Source of the DNA: Octopus sinensis
Taxonomy: Eukaryota
Assembly (NCBI RefSeq): GCF_006345805.1
Contig: NC_043007.1
Span: forward strand, 28,830,001-28,894,000
Direction of reading: 5' to 3'
Length of the DNA stretch: 64,000 nt
Each line of letters begins with the position of its first letter. Within the stretch, counting starts at the first letter, position 1. Of this stretch, positions 24,831-38,300 are shown piece after piece. The translations under genes were made by a program, and so were the position numbers. The notes below the pieces were generated by a model. That model saw only the letters and a list, made by a program, of their open reading frames with translations. It ran no database searches and was not told where the DNA came from.

Positions 24831-25084
24831 GATAATAATAATGATAATAATAATAGGTCTCCAAAACTGCTCTAATGGAGACAGCTGGGATTTTGTGATT
24901 GTTGGTTGTGTTGAGTGTCTTGCACTGTAAGTTAATATCCCGGTACTAAAACTTATAAGTCATGGACAGAGATCCTGTGAGACCTCTGACAACGGGTTGT
25001 TGTCTGCTCTCACAGAATCAACCAGAGCAAGTTCGACTGAGGGCTTTGAGAAGTAAAACAGCAATGATGATGATGATGATGATG

Positions 25085-25704
25085 ACACCAGCAACAATAA
25101 GAGTGAGTGTCTGAAATTGGCACAACACGAATATATGTCAATGTGGCAAGAATGATCCATTGGGAGCTCTGTGGAAGTCGTGGCCTACAAAGAGAGCAGA
25201 GACATGGTATGAGAAAACCTCAGGAGTCACCAAGAATGAGAATTGCCAAATCCTGTGAGATGCAATAATCCAGTGTGATCGCCTGACCAGATATCGGAAA
25301 CTGGACATTGTTGTGGTGAATAATAAAGAACATGTATGATAATTGACATAGCATGCCCAGATGACAACAGGATCAACGTGAAAGAAGAAGAAAAAATAAA
25401 CAACTATGACGATTTGAAATGGGAAATACGATGGTTGTGGTCAATGAAGAGAGTAGATGTGATAGCAATAGTAATTGGTGCACTTGGAAGTATCAGCACT
25501 CAACTACCAGCATGGCTGAAAAAGATTGGTGCAAGTGTGAAGGTAGAATATCTACAAAAATCAGCATTGCTTGGAATTGATAAGTTTTCTTTGCAGGGTT
25601 CTTGAAGTATGACCAGTAAAAAAGTGTCAACTTGGTCTGCTGGCTGTGGACAGCTGATGCTTTCCATCATACCCAGCAAAATAAACTGAGAGTTTTCATC
25701 AAAT
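25085..25704 (+). mobile_element. R4/Dong-like RLE LINE 3' end (endonuclease domain)
   Basis: RKLDIVVV..IIDIACPDD..KEEEKINNYDDLKWEI..VIGALG (ORF 25336-25605); followed by (TAA)n. Confidence 0.88.
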
Positions 25705-25705
25705 A

Positions 25706-25749
<44 letters not shown>

Positions 25750-26219
25750 CTACTGAATAATAATAATAATAATAATAATGATTATTATTATATTATTATT
25801 ATTATTATTACCATTGTTACATTAATTTAATACTATTGTCAGAATCATTATTTTCCTTTGTAACTCAGGTCTTATTGGAACTCTGGAGTCTTACACGCAT
25901 AATACACTTGCTATCTGCGATCTATGGTACCATACAATGTTCTTTTTAGCCATTGTTATTATTATTGTTATTACCTGAACTCTGTTGGTTCTCATCACTA
26001 CATAACTTGAGTCTTTTTTTTTTTTTATCACCATCTAATATTTAATATTTTATTATTGTCTTTCTGTAACAAGTTCCTGTCACCACTGGACTTGTTTGAA
26101 TGTGCAGATCACTCTTAAAATGTGAGGGGATTGTTTTATTGAGGAGATTGTTTTCCTCAATAAAGAATTCACCCAACATAGTCTAATGAGTTAAATATAA
26201 TTTGCTCAATTGGATTCTT

Positions 26220-26768
26220 AATATATGCAATGTTTCAAGTGTCCTGGGTCATCAAAAGTGGAAGAATGTCCCTGGAAGACCTGCTATGAGTGTGTCAGCC
26301 CAGGAAATGTGGAGAAAATACATCAGCTTTTGTGCCTGAAGAGCCTCCGAAGACAATCAATGATGTTTTGAAGCATTTGAAAACATTTGGGTGAAAGCAA
26401 TGGATCTGTCACCGAGCTCTCTTCACTTGTGAGATTCTTGCCAAAAACAACATGGTATCACTTCCACACTCAGCCTATTCACCAGGCTTAGCACCTATGG
26501 ACTTCCATCTCTTCCCCAAGATGAAAATACAGCTCAAAGGTCACTGTTTTAACACTGTTGTTGAGAGCAAGAGCAAATTACGGAAGGTCCTTAGCTTGCT
26601 TATTGCAAAAGACTTCCAGACCAGATTCCAAAAGTGGCAGGAAGGCTGGGACTGGTATATTGCTGTGCAAGGTGACTCTTTCAAAGGAGATGATGTTTAA
26701 AACTTAGGTAAAAAGGTTTTTTTGTCTTATGAAACACAACTATCCAGGAAGATTTTGATTCCACCTCA
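26220..26768 (+). mobile_element. Mariner deletion fragment
   Basis: ORF 26452-26700 LPHSAYSPGLAPMDFHLFPKMK..WQEGWDWYIAVQGDSFKGD; TIR-like ...TTGATTCCACCTCA-TA at the right end. Confidence 0.8.
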
Positions 26769-27799
26769 TACGTGATGTTGAAATTTTCATCTCCTGAAAC
26801 TGCAACACTTGGTCACTGACAACATTGCTCCACATCTCTCTCTCTCTCTCTTTCAGTATATATATATATGTATGTATGTATATGGGCCTACACCAGGAGC
26901 AGACAAATCATGCGTGTCTGTATGTATGTATAGGTAGACAGATGGATAGATTGATAGCTAAATAGCTTTATTGAAAACAGATGTCTTTTTATTGTTGGTA
27001 ATTGTTGTTAGAATAAAGGAAAACTCTTCCTACACACACACACATACTGGAGTAGGAGATCTATTTTATTTACTCAATGCTGTTGTTATTCTGTGCCAAA
27101 GAAGAAATGCTGGGTGAGGAATATGAGAAGTGTAAGAATGTAAATAATGGTTAAAAGTGCAACGAAAGTGAGAAAAAGAAGTTGAAAGAGTGAGAAAGAG
27201 AGTGTAGACGTGTGTGATTAGGGGCAAGTGTGCCAAAGTGTGGTGGTGGTTGAGTGTGAAAACGAAACAGTATGCTCTAGAGAACAACACACACACACAG
27301 ACAGAGGGAGATTGGTGATAAATGTATGTAAATTAAACGAGAAGTTGAAAAATATTTGTAAAAGAGTTAATGGTATAAATAGTTCTTTGAGTGTGTTACT
27401 GGATGGGGTGGTGAGATTAGGGGGCTCATAGCAACACTACCTTTTGGCCCTTAAGTCATACACACACAGCATAGCAAAACATAATAAAAAACCAACAAAA
27501 GTAATAGAGATGTTTGTAGTCAGAGGCTCAAGGAATATGGAAAGAATTGAAGATATTTTGCTAGTGTCCTTCTTTAAATACAAGCGAAACACCCAAAAGA
27601 AATGGACAAGCAAAGGAAGAGAAAAAAAAGGAGATAAAAAAAGGGAAGCATCAGGGATTGGTTTACATGATTCACACACACATTCATATATATATATGTG
27701 TGTGCCCACTATTCCTGGGTTAGGGTTAAGTAGTAGTGGGGCTGGAGTTCTCAGGCATCCCCTCCTCAGGGTCCCTATCAGAAGCAATTGTCATTAGAT

Positions 27800-28900
27800 T
27801 TTCTGGCTGGATTCCCAAGCACAACCAACTGAGATGATGGATGTTATCCAACCATCTCAGTTTTGGTCAACCCTGAGGTCTCCTGCCTGAAGCCTTAGCT
27901 TGAAGAATCCATCGTGAGATTCCTTCCTGCAACATTCTAATTCCATATCTATAGTATTGGTACCTGTGACCTCTCAAAGCAGACAAGTAGCAGCGCCACC
28001 TGGACAGACTCTCTATTCACTGAGCTATGCACCCTGTTGAGTAATGTTACTCCAGAGATCCTTTGGCAGAACCCCAGTTTGGCTACTCATGTTCATGATA
28101 ATACTTTTTCAGTCATTACCCAACATTCATCACCAAATGGGGAGGACAAACATGAAAACTGAAATGAAGTCATTAAGTTTGGCTTTTCTTAAACAACCTC
28201 TTCTCTCAGTAATATGCCCTCCACTGCAATTCTGCCATCCAATTCAGCCTTCTGCTTCCCATCACTCATGAATGGAGATATTTTAAGCTTCTTCACTTGT
28301 CTCAGTGATGTTCCATTAACATGCAGAGTGCACTGGGAACTGGAGAGGACCAATGTCTCAGTTTTTGCAACATTTATTCAGATTGCCACTTTACAGCACT
28401 CGGTGCAGAACCCATTCTGTGCCAGCTGGAGGAGATCCTCTTCTGAGGAATCAAAGAGCTGACTGAGTCTCTATGACCACTGATTGTGACACAATGGCTG
28501 AGTGTCAATTCAGTTCATAATAATCACGGGAAAGAGAGGCAGCAATACAGACCTTTGTTGAATCAATACCGACACTGAAAGGTTTGGTCACAGCACCATT
28601 CACAGGGACACAAACGTTTGGGTATTCATGTAGGGACTTCACAGTAACCAGAAGTTGCTCATTAATCACAAAAACCTGGAAAACCCTCCACGGCATGGCA
28701 CATGACCATTTGCCCTTTCAAATGCCACAAAGCAAGTGGACACTTCTTGGCACTATTCCCATGATTTCTCAAAGACCTGCTGTAAAGTAAATATTCGGTC
28801 AGCTGTAATGCACCCAGGGCAACATTCACACTACTTGCCAGCTATCTTGCACTTAACAGTGTCCCTACATCTCTTTACACTTTGCTGGAGAGGCTCAACA
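27800..28900 (-). mobile_element. Decayed RTE-like RT/C-terminal fragment
   Basis: Minus-strand relics: SSEEDLLQLA, INVAKTETLVLS, LHVNGTSLRQV, WVMTEK, GVTLLNRV. Confidence 0.65.
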
Positions 28901-29380
28901 AGGTGGTTCCTCTAGAATTATGACTAGATTTAGGAGATCAGCAGAGTATCCTCTCTACCTTCCAAGGATGCTTTTTCCCTGCGGAGAGAAGAACCCCAGC
29001 CAAATTCTTAATAGTAGGGGTGGAAGAGAACTTCTTGTAACAAAGATGGTCTGCTAGAATACTTTATTGGCCAATCTAAAATCTGAGTGCAGCTTTACCC
29101 TAAAGTACTCCCCTGACTTTGCTTTCGATCTTTCTACTCTCTTTCTCTCTCTGTTGTAACTTTTCTGGCCTCAGTGTTCCACCCGGGTGAAAGGAGATGG
29201 CTGTTTTTAACAAACCAAACTTTATAAGCTTCCTTCTCTGCTTTGATGGCATTTTAAAATTGTGTGGTATACAGCTGGTAGCTTGCTGGCAAAAAATGTT
29301 CACTGTCTCAGAGTTTGTTGGGATTGATGCTAGATGGGTCAAAACAATTGCAGTGATCAATAAAGATTCTTCTCTCTCTC

Positions 29381-29460
<80 letters not shown>

Positions 29461-31144
29461 GTATGTATGTATGTATGCATGTATGTATATACAAGGGGAT
29501 ACCGAAAAGTAACTGGAAGCATTCTATGTGGGACAAGCTCATTGTAAGCTCGGGTTTTCACTGCTAGAAGCCACTTGCAAAATTCCAATTTCTTTTGATA
29601 CTTCTTCGTGTGTGTGTGCACCTTTGCATTTGTGTTTGTCCCCACCCACAGCCTGACAACCAGTAATGGTTTGTTTATGCCCCCATAATTTAGCAGTTTG
29701 GCAAAAGAGTCTGATAAAATAAGTACCAAGCTTTAGAAAAATAAGTACTGCTACAATTTTTTCAACTAAACTCCAAGGATGGTTGCTGTCCAATGACTGA
29801 AACAAGCAAAAGATACTTTGATATATTATGTAAGGGAGAAACCAATGAAGATGTTGGGTAAAATGATGGAGAACAAACTCTGAATGTCGAGTTTCATAGC
29901 CGTGTGTGTGTGTGTGTGAAACAACCAAGATGAGAGGGGAGTTGCTGTGCTTGAGGGGATCCATCCATCTAAGTAAATCTGATGCCCTAAAAGCATATAG
30001 CTTGCGCCTATGCTCCTGCATTCAATCTGTCCCTGATGAACCTTTGCCATACAACCCCTCTTCCAAACATCCACCCCCTACAACTCATCTTTCTAACACC
30101 CACCCCTCCGTCATCCTTCTCACAATGACACTAATCACTCAGCAACTCTTATTATGAGAGTAAAACCGCATATATTCCAACCTCCAGTCTCTGCCCCTCC
30201 TCTCATACATTAAGCCATCATCCCCTACTACATAGCTGACCCCCACTTTGCTTGGGGTTTGTAGCCTTGCAAGCTGCATGGCAATGTGAAATAGGGCTGT
30301 AAAATGGTTGGCAGCATGAGGAAGGGTGTCTGTCTGTAGAAACTGTGACAAAGTAAACATTAGACCATAATGCAGTCCCAGGACCCATCAGATCAGGTCA
30401 AACTGCTGCCCAGTCAATGCCAGCATAGAACAGGGACATTAAATGACTCTTCTTCATCATCATTGAATGTTCCCTTTCCATTCTGACATGGGGGTAGTAT
30501 AGTTGAGCAGGGAATTGTCAAGTTGGAGAGCTGCATCAAGCTTCTATGTCATCTTTGGTGAGGTGCCTACAGCCGGATGCCACTTTCTGACACCAGCCAC
30601 TTAACAGAGTGTACCTGGTGCTTTTTTCATGTGACCTTTTTCATGTCATGTGAGGTGGCCACGTAACTAAAGAAAAGAGAAGAAAAGAAAGGGAAAACTT
30701 CCACTACTAACAGAATGTGGGGGAGGTGAAGGTAGGGGACTATATTTCAGGTGTTGAAAGGATAAAGCATGATAGAACGACAAGCACAGGTGTCTTGCTG
30801 TAGAGGAGATATTCAGCTGAAGAAGTTATGAGAAAGATAATGATGGGGTGCTACAACAAGCTCTCAAGAAATCTATGGATCTGTGTTTATGTGTATACTT
30901 ATACACATGTCTACAATGCATACATATACAATTATATATAGACATATATGTATATATATATGTATATATATATCACGTGACCGACCAGTCCATCAGATGT
31001 AGTTACACATCGCTGGTCACAATGCGTTCGCATTGTTTTAGCCTTCGAATGACGCCACCCTGCTGGCTAAGCGAGCAGGCCTGTATGTATATATATATAT
31101 CTTTACAAATAAAGAATTTTCTTTATCTTCTGATTATTTGGATA

Positions 31145-31239
<95 letters not shown>

Positions 31240-31830
31240 TAGAACATACTAACAAATATTGCATAAAAAACAGTAAACGACAAGACAAAAACCTAAAGAA
31301 ACATCTAACAAGAGCGAAATTCTCTTCAGAAACTAAAACTGAATTCTTTGCAAAAGATTGCGGAGATGGTTGATGTGGGATCTGCAGCAACCCCACTGAC
31401 AAATACATAGAGGGAGACAAAGAGATGAAATTTAAAAGTGGTTACGTATTTAAAGTAAATGCAGATATGAACTGCAAGACGCAGAACGTTATATACTGCA
31501 TAACCTGCCCCACGTGCAAGGAAGATTACATAGGTGAAACTGGTAATTCTTTGTGCCAGCGAGCCAGGATTCACCGACAACATGTTCAGCAGGAAGAACT
31601 ACGCAAGATACCACTGAGTAAACACCTAGATACATGTGGAGAAGGAAAATTTAAGATCTTTCGCTTCTACAAATGTCCGAAAAACGACACCTCTTTCAGA
31701 AGGAATATGGAAAAATATTTCATAGCTAAGTTCTCCCCCAAATTAAATGGCTGAAAATATCTCTATAATAAGCTGTACCAGATGAAGGACCAAATTTGCT
31801 AAGTAAACTGTATTAAACACACACACACAC
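31240..31830 (+). mobile_element. Penelope-like element 3' fragment (GIY-YIG endonuclease)
   Basis: ORFs 31146-31373 (SKRQDKNLKKHLTRAKF) and 31425-31754 (NVIYCITCPTCKEDYIGETGNSLCQRARIHRQH..PLSKHL). It starts directly after a (TA)n tract. Confidence 0.88.
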
Positions 31831-32129
31831 AAAACAATCATAAAAAGAATTCCTCTTCTCTAAACCCAAAAAACCATTTGACCATCCCTCATTAAACACA
31901 CACACACTCTCACAATGATAAAAAGAAATATAATTTATGGTCTACCTCCTCGCCACCACACACTCAATAACACTATGAAATGGTCAAAACTGAAATTCTT
32001 TTTCCCAAGATCTTAGACTCCCCCCTTGGAGTAAGCATCCTGTCCAGCAGAGCAAAACAATTATTTTCTTCTTCTTCCCTCTCCATTCCCCTCTGTTTCT
32101 TTAGCACTCATTCCAAATACAAACACACA

Positions 32130-32160
<31 letters not shown>

Positions 32161-32482
32161 CACATGCTCTCTCTCTCACTTTCTCCTCATCCATCACCCT
32201 CTTGTACTGTCTTATATTCCTCCCCACCACTACAAACTCAATACCACTATAAAATGGTCAGAACTCCTCACACAGGAACTTGGTTTGATTTGAAAACCCC
32301 ACTAGAATGGGGGAAAGCGCTAATACATGATCTAAGTTATATGATGTATAAAAAATGTAATATACAAATAAATATCTGTAAATATAAACTATCCGATTTT
32401 CTGAGTACCTCATTTCTTCTAATATAAAATACCTGTACATCATCTCCAAACCTTCCAATATATATATATATATATATATATA

Positions 32483-33755
32483 GGGTCATCCCATAAATAC
32501 TGCAGTTTTTTCAATTGCATGAACTAAAAGTTGGAGGGGGATGGGATAAACTACCTGCATCAACTTGCTATAAAAGCTGTTAGTAATTTTACCTTGTACT
32601 TATTCTTAGTGCAAGTTTTGAAGAGTGCAGTTCGATTTTAACAGTTATTTTTTCAAAGCTATAATGGAAGTGACAAAGGAACATATTCAGCATATTTTGC
32701 ATTATGAGTTTAATAAAGGCAACAGTGCAACAGAAGGTGCAAGGAGTATTAAAGCCATATACGGGGATTGGACAATAAGCATAAGCCAGTGTCAGTGGTG
32801 GTTCCAGAAATTCTGAGCCAGAAACTACAGCCTAGAAGATGACCCTCATTCAGGAAGATCTGTAGAGGACGTCCTGCATACCCTGGTGAAACAAAATCCC
32901 ATCATAACTGTTGAACTAGCAGAGACGCTTGGATTTGGTCACTCAACCATTCATTGACACCTGTATGCTATCAGAAAAGTCAGCAAATTGGGTCAATGGG
33001 TTCCTCACAAACCTTCTGAGTCTAATTGTGTGCAGATAGTGAATATGTGCTCTTCTTTGCTGCCACATCTCATGAATGAACCTTTTTTGGACCTAATAGT
33101 GACTGGTGACGAGAAATGGGTTCTCTATAAAAATGTCAAGCAGCAAAGACAGTGGGTAGGGGAAGGAGAAACACTGGCACCCCAGGCTAAAGAAGGTCTT
33201 CATCCATGTAAGGTGTTGTTATCTGTTTGGTGGGATATGAAAGGTTTAGTCCACTTTGAACTTTTAAAGCCAGACCAAATGATAACATAGGAGATCTATT
33301 GTGAGCAGCTTGAGTGGCTTAAGTCAATGCTAGAAGAAAAATGACCATCTTTGGTTTCAAGACGAAAGGTGTTCTTCCATTAGGATAATGCTTGGCCACA
33401 TACAGCGAGGATGACATCCCAAAGGCTGGAGCAGTTTGAATGGGAAACGATGCCCCACCCACTATATTCACCAGACATTGAACCCATCTGGTTATCATTT
33501 ATATCGCAGTTTTCAAAATCATTAGGACGGAAAAAATATGAATTCTGTAGATGAGGTCAGAACAGTATGGAAGGAGTATTTTTCATTATGGCCAAGTGAA
33601 TTCTGGAAGAGAGGCCTTGCAAGTCTACCAGATAGATGGAAGAGATTGTAGAAAATGAAGGAGAGTATATTTTAGATTAAAAAAGATCTTTGTTTAACTT
33701 AATTTTGAAAAATAAAAGAAGTATAAAAAAACACATTATTTATGGGATGACCATG
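32483..33755 (+). mobile_element. Near full-length mariner (DD34D) transposon, dead copy 1
   Basis: TIRs GGGTCATCCCATAAATA / TATTTATGGGATGACC; ATG at 32664 (MEVTKEHI); WVPH, GDEKW, DNAWPH and YSPD motifs; multiple stops and frameshifts. Confidence 0.95.
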
Positions 33756-33859
33756 TATATATGTATATGTGTGTGTGTGTGTGTGTGTGTAATGACCTTT
33801 ATAATTTTGAAGAAATTAATTAGACTGTAACGATGAAATAAATTCAATGAAAAACTTAC

Positions 33860-34257
33860 TGTTTTCAGGTTTTTTTTTCACCGTGTTTCCTTCCTCCAAA
33901 ATCTCTTTGATCAAACCATCTCTTTCATCTGCTGCTAACCACATGTTGCATGGAAAAACTTGCTCAAGACTTGTTAAAGTCTAATGAATAACCACTTGGT
34001 CCAAAGTCAATCTAGAGATAAGCTGGAATTATCATGACTAATTATAATTCTATCAACAAGGGCCACTTTCCTCAAAAGCAATATATTGAATAAAGTCTGT
34101 TTTTATCTCGTTTCAAGTTTTACCGTTTTTGGATCCGGTTCTTGCAGCTGCTTGTTTGTATTTGAGTCTTTGTCGAAGATAAACAGAAATACATTGAAAC
34201 CAGTGCCAACATGTCTTCTGTTTGTCTTGTAGTGACAACTGATGGTGAGTGGACAAT
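33860..34257 (-). pseudogene. LOXHD1: Disabled single-exon PLAT module (pseudo-exon A) of the LOXHD1-like gene
   Basis: Acceptor ttttattcttccag and donor gtaagt are intact. The 398 nt (3n-1) read ..VGTGFNVFLFIF..KLETR*..DRIIISHDNSS..D*[-1 shift]LDQVVIH*..EQVFPCNMWLAADERDGLIKEILEE..PEN, with three stops and a frameshift. Confidence 0.82.
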
Positions 34258-35285
34258 CTGGAAGAATAAAAGACATTACCGAGAAACGGAATCAATAGTT
34301 TTGCTTATGAAAGAACATTTGTTGCGAAGAAAGGAGATTGACAAACCTGGAAGTTGGCTTTGTTGTTTCCAATAAACAAGACTTAGAAAAACTATTCCAG
34401 TTCATAAAAGAACAACAAGAATAACAAGCTAATTGTTCGAAAACTATTCCTTTGAGGTCTGAATAACTAAGGTTGGTGGAAACACATCGGTAGGAAGGCT
34501 GGAAATAAGAGATTCATGATGGTTCTCAAGGAAAGAATAACTTGAAGAAGGATAATGAAATAAATGCATCACTGAAAAGAACAGTCGAAAGATAAGTATT
34601 TATTATTCTGACGATATAAAAAGGCTGACATAGTTTCATCTTGTCCCCTTTGTTGGACCCCACCTCCCTTCCCTGTTTCACCCTTCTCAGCCCTACTCAC
34701 TAGGAAGAAATGAAAAGAAGAAGTTGGTCTGTTACATTCATTTTCAGCTATTTTTGACAAACATTGCTTGCTCTCCACCACCCGTCTTATTGTTTACATA
34801 ACAAAGGACACCCCAGCTAACACAAATATGTTAAAGACTCTATTAAATGTGTGTGTGTGTGTGTGCGTAGGCGCATATAGCAGTATACGTTGGATGGCTT
34901 TGTCTTAGTGTGCGTATAAACACATAAACACGCATGCCCCAGCAAGTCTGCACAAAGCTTTTGAATGAAAGAACACACACCTATATGTATGCACCACCCC
35001 ATGCACACCCATACACTTTCTCTCTCTCTCACACACACACATTTACAGTAACCTGGAAATTTCTCAAATCATTCCTTATAAGTTTCCCTTTTCTGATCTT
35101 CCAGAAACATAATATGGAGTAAGAGTTGGGGAGTTGCTCATCTTAGAATAAATAGAATAAAACTCTACAATACATATTGAGCACTTTTTTTATACCTTCT
35201 AATTTTTATAATTACTTGCACCATAATGTAATAAACACATGTGAGTATGCGACTGTATTTATTTCAAACACATCAGGTCAAAAGC

Positions 35286-35342
<57 letters not shown>

Positions 35343-38300
35343 CAAAATTTTCCATGAAGATTGTGTTCCAATTTATTTTCAGTTTAGAAGTAAAGATGAC
35401 GAATAAAAAAGATAACAAATAAAAAAGATAATGAATAAAATGTGTGTTTATCCAGAGTTTCACTCTGACTTGGCTAAACCTATTGATGATACCCTTAATG
35501 AAGGGAGACAAGAGGTGACATTTTGTTGAGAGAATTTGCTGCCCTCAAAGACATCAATTATCACAACCAAAGGTTTATTACATTCAAAGATGAAATTCCT
35601 GCAGTCATGCAAAGCAAGAACTGGTCAAGCCAAGTTTATAGATAGAAGAATACACCACAATGAGATCAAACTTAAAACCATGGGGCATATCTACAGCCAA
35701 TATTACATGCAAAACCAAAACCATTTGTACAATGGTTTTCATGAAGCAACACTTAAAGAGTCCAGTTTATGAATGTAGCAAAACTGATGATACATAAGTT
35801 ATATAAGAAGAGAGAAACTGCACACACAACCAATAGACTGTTTATATAATTCGAGAACAATGTATGAGGGAAAGTGTGTAAGGGATAGGAGAGGGGGTGA
35901 CATCAAGCTTTATAAACAGACACCAGATGGCACCGTAAATGACTATTTGTTATCAATTTAGGATGTTTTTCGTTGGATTAACAGATAAAAAAATAGAAAC
36001 AGTAAAATCTGCAAAATACATTATCAGTGATGCACAGTGCATACATGCACACATCAAACCACACAACAACAACAACAACAATACACACACACACATATTA
36101 CCTTCATCTTTTCTGTCCTCTTTCCACTGCATAAGAGGTATTGTCCACTCAATGCTGACCAATTCTCTTTCACCATTGACCTTTATCCAGGGCAAACACA
36201 GCAACCTAATTAAATCTTATATTACATCTAGCTAAATCATCCTTAAAATGGTGACATGTATGTCTTTTGCGACAAGATAAAAATGCTAAGTATGTGGCCA
36301 ATGGTAGACTTGATGTATCTTAGCCAGAATCAGTTTTTTCTTTGTTATAAAAAAAATCCTTTCAGCTGAGAAAGTTTACATTTATGGAATTAGCTGACCC
36401 TTATTTTGAGAAAGTGAACAAAAGTAGACATAGAGCAATGTCCAGTGTCTAATTCTCTTGATAATGTGTGTTTGAGTGCAAGCATACAGATGCACATACA
36501 CACAAGGACGCAAACGAAGACACACATCCATACATAACAGACACACGTACATAGTCACACAAACCCACACACAGACACAATCAAACATACACACACATTA
36601 ACATGAACACAAACACATGCATACATACACATACACATGCACACACATGCACACAAGCAAACAAACAAAAAGAATGCAGCTTCAATGCTGGACAGAGTCA
36701 ACGACCATTGAAGAGGTTGCAAGAAGCAACGAAAATTTTAGGAAATATAAAGAAGTAAATGAGTGGAAATTGAACAGGTGCGGTGAGTGTGTTAATTAAT
36801 AAGGCATTAAAACAGAATGACTCTCCCCAAACACAATAATATATATATATATAGAAGGAGAGAGAGAGAGAGATCACGAGAGAGGGGGGTGTGCATTTCC
36901 ATGTATATATTGGTATACTTAATAAAAGGACTAGAAAGACAAGGTGATAACCAGATTTCAAATGAAGAACTCAGTTCTTGGTCCATGTAAAAGGTGTGAC
37001 ATAAATATATTTCACACTGTATCCTAACAACATTGCAACTTTTAGAAGTACAAACAGAAACAAACTGTGACTTTGTTAGAGTACATGACTAAAGCTTTTT
37101 TCATGTCAAAAAAGCTGATACAGAGCGAAGGGGACATCTTACAGAGACAAAATTACTTGTTAGAAACAGCAGCTCATACAATATATTCTGCTCTGTTACT
37201 TTTATGTAATGATTGTGTAGTGGTGTTGGTAGAAAAAGAGACAACTTTTATTATAGCCAATAAAGCACCTTCCCTACATCATGGAGAAATGTGACTTCTT
37301 AACTCTAAGAAAGCAGCCTGCCTGGGAAATTGGTTATTTAACCTTATTGTGGAAAGGAGATATTATTATGGTTAAATCATGGGTTTTCTATCTGTGACCA
37401 CAAAAAGAGATTAATTTAACTAGTTTCAGTATTTATTACAGCCTCATCAGAGATTGTAAACTTATTTTCTGCCCACAGAATGAATATTATTTATAATTGA
37501 AAGAAACTCACACAGAACTAAGTTGCCCTACAAAATGTTTTAAAAAATTAATTGAAATACTGCACTGAGGTTAAAACAAAAAAATTTTTTTAAACAAAAT
37601 ATGAAACTTTTAGAATGTGAGACCAGTGTGTAGCCATATTGAGGTTTTCACAAAAACTCAGGCTCATGAGATTTATCGTACACTTTAAATTATTTGACAG
37701 AAATCAGTAGTTTGATGTATTAGGATTTAATATTTTGTTTAGTCTCAAGTCAGTCCAAATCCAGTAGGCCCATAATCAAAGTTGTTCCAACTGTGGCCAT
37801 CCAATCTGTTATTCAGACACAATGTATCTATAACCAGATCATCTAATGTGTCCTTCATTTTGTAAGATGGCAGGGTGTGATTTGATGGAAATTTGACTGC
37901 TATTCCCAGCAAGCTGTATAAAGTATATCTGGTATATATTTCATTGTTATTTAGCTCTAATCAGTCATTCAGCAGAACTATAATATTCCAACCATGACCA
38001 TCTTGCAAAGATTTCCTTATCAATTCACTGTTCAAATGGTATTATTACTTACTAGAACATTGAATATTCAGAACTCAGTAAGAATTCCACATCTAAACTA
38101 TTGGAGAGATGAGATTCTGTTGTGTCTAATTCTAGTTTTGGTTTTGATTGCACACAAAAGATTCACTTTGTATTTTAATATCTCTTTCCTAATCCTCTTC
38201 CTCAATCTGTCTCTCTGTCTCTCCTTTCTCATCTACATCTAAAATCAGGCTCCTTTTATGCCAAAAGAATGATTGAACAACCAGTGGTAGATGTTTAAAT

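Noticed and set aside
29100-29729. Long ORFs such as 29100-29729, 4335-4712, 11855-12364 and 31103-31420
   Set aside because: They stay open only because they cross microsatellites (YI, SL, R/T runs).
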